64,000 nt of DNA, from assembly GCA_963789245.1 (NCBI GenBank), contig CAWBKE010000014.1:69381-133380 (forward strand). The letters are read 5' to 3'. The number at the start of each line of letters is the position of its first letter. Position 1 is the stretch's first letter. Of the stretch, positions 63,398 through 64,000 are shown one piece after another. The notes beneath the pieces are model-generated. The model did not search any database, was not told the DNA's origin, and saw nothing but the letters and a program-made list of their open reading frames with translations. Source of the DNA: an uncultured Acidobacteriaceae bacterium. Its GTDB lineage: Bacteria > Acidobacteriota > Terriglobia > Terriglobales > Acidobacteriaceae. Position numbers and translations under genes: made by a program.

Positions 63398-64000
63398 ATG
63401 AGCAAAGTTACCGTCGTACCGCTGGCATCTGTGATTCTTGCTTTGGCCTTCTTCGCCGGATGCGGCGGCTTGGCCGCTCCCGATCCGCCCTCACCGCCGG
63501 TTCCCGCTCCGCTGAGCGCTGCCAACCTTAACCTGATCTTCGTAGTAAGCGAGGATTTGACTTACCAAGCTCCCGGCGATATCAACCCTCGCACCGCCAA
63601 CCTCACCAATCAGGGATTACAGCGATCGCTGCGCATGGCCACTTTCCTGCAGCAAGACGTGCTGGGAGAGAAAAATGTAAGTGCTGTCTATTCAGTCATA
63701 CCAACGACCCATCCCCAGACCGCCAACAAATATCCTGACATGGTGGGGCTGGAAACAATTGAGCAGTTCGCAATGCTGAATCAGATCGCTCTGTCCTACG
63801 AGAGCAGTACGCCGGTTACCGCCAACAGCTATCCGGTCAATGTGTCGTATTCGTCAGCGCCGCTGCCGGATGGAGTGGCTGAGCCGTTCATACCTTGCCC
63901 AACGATTGGCTCGGGACTCACGCTCAGTTGCCAGGGTCTCGATTTCAGGGACCTGGAAGACGCCAACGAAACTCTGGTGAGCGATATCGTCAAGGCCGGC
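63398..64000 (+). CDS. Hypothetical lipoprotein, N-terminal 201 codons; continues beyond window end
   Basis: My translation from ATG 63398 is open to the window edge. It reads MSKVTVVPLASVILALAFFAGCGG (lipobox), then NLIFVVSEDLTYQAPGD...NQGLQRSLRMATFLQ. It is not in the ORF track because it has no stop. Confidence 0.65.
   Translation, partial: MSKVTVVPLASVILALAFFAGCGGLAAPDPPSPPVPAPLSAANLNLIFVVSEDLTYQAPGDINPRTANLTNQGLQRSLRMATFLQQDVLGEKNVSAVYSVIPTTHPQTANKYPDMVGLETIEQFAMLNQIALSYESSTPVTANSYPVNVSYSSAPLPDGVAEPFIPCPTIGSGLTLSCQGLDFRDLEDANETLVSDIVKAG

Overview
GC-rich bacterial chromosomal window. Gene content points to an Acidobacteria-like genome (inference only): GloVer-type repeat protein, TPR-tailed Ser/Thr kinase, many secreted hypotheticals, hairpin REP families. 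I support about 55 protein-coding genes and saw no rRNA, tRNA or CRISPR array. Housekeeping genes: hemE-hemH-hemY, gltX, gyrA, and aminotransferase-pckA. Envelope genes: asnB-like / GT-C / sqdB / dedA string, TolC-MFP-RND efflux operon, partial Tad/Flp pilus set, and outer-membrane and secreted proteins. Accessory content: dinJ-yafQ, a TumE-like/wHTH pair, vapBC, an orphan Abi_2 gene, an ArsR-SRPBCC pair, a RAYT flanked by inverted REPs, an IS1182-like element with 20-bp terminal inverted repeats, and several REP/MITE-like hairpin families. The best candidate for an undescribed system is a translationally coupled pair at 35332-37547: a Schlafen/AlbA_2-HATPase (COG2865-like) gene plus an orphan ParA/MinD-like ATPase. 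A second notable point is that at least seven conserved genes are broken by single frame shifts (yafQ, hemH twice, gltX, vapB, GloVer gene, tolC-like, possibly flp). Three of these breaks fit the same coding-strand heptamer CAG-A-CTG. All calls rest on reading the supplied translations and my own translation of selected stretches. No similarity search was run, so family names are motif-level recognitions.
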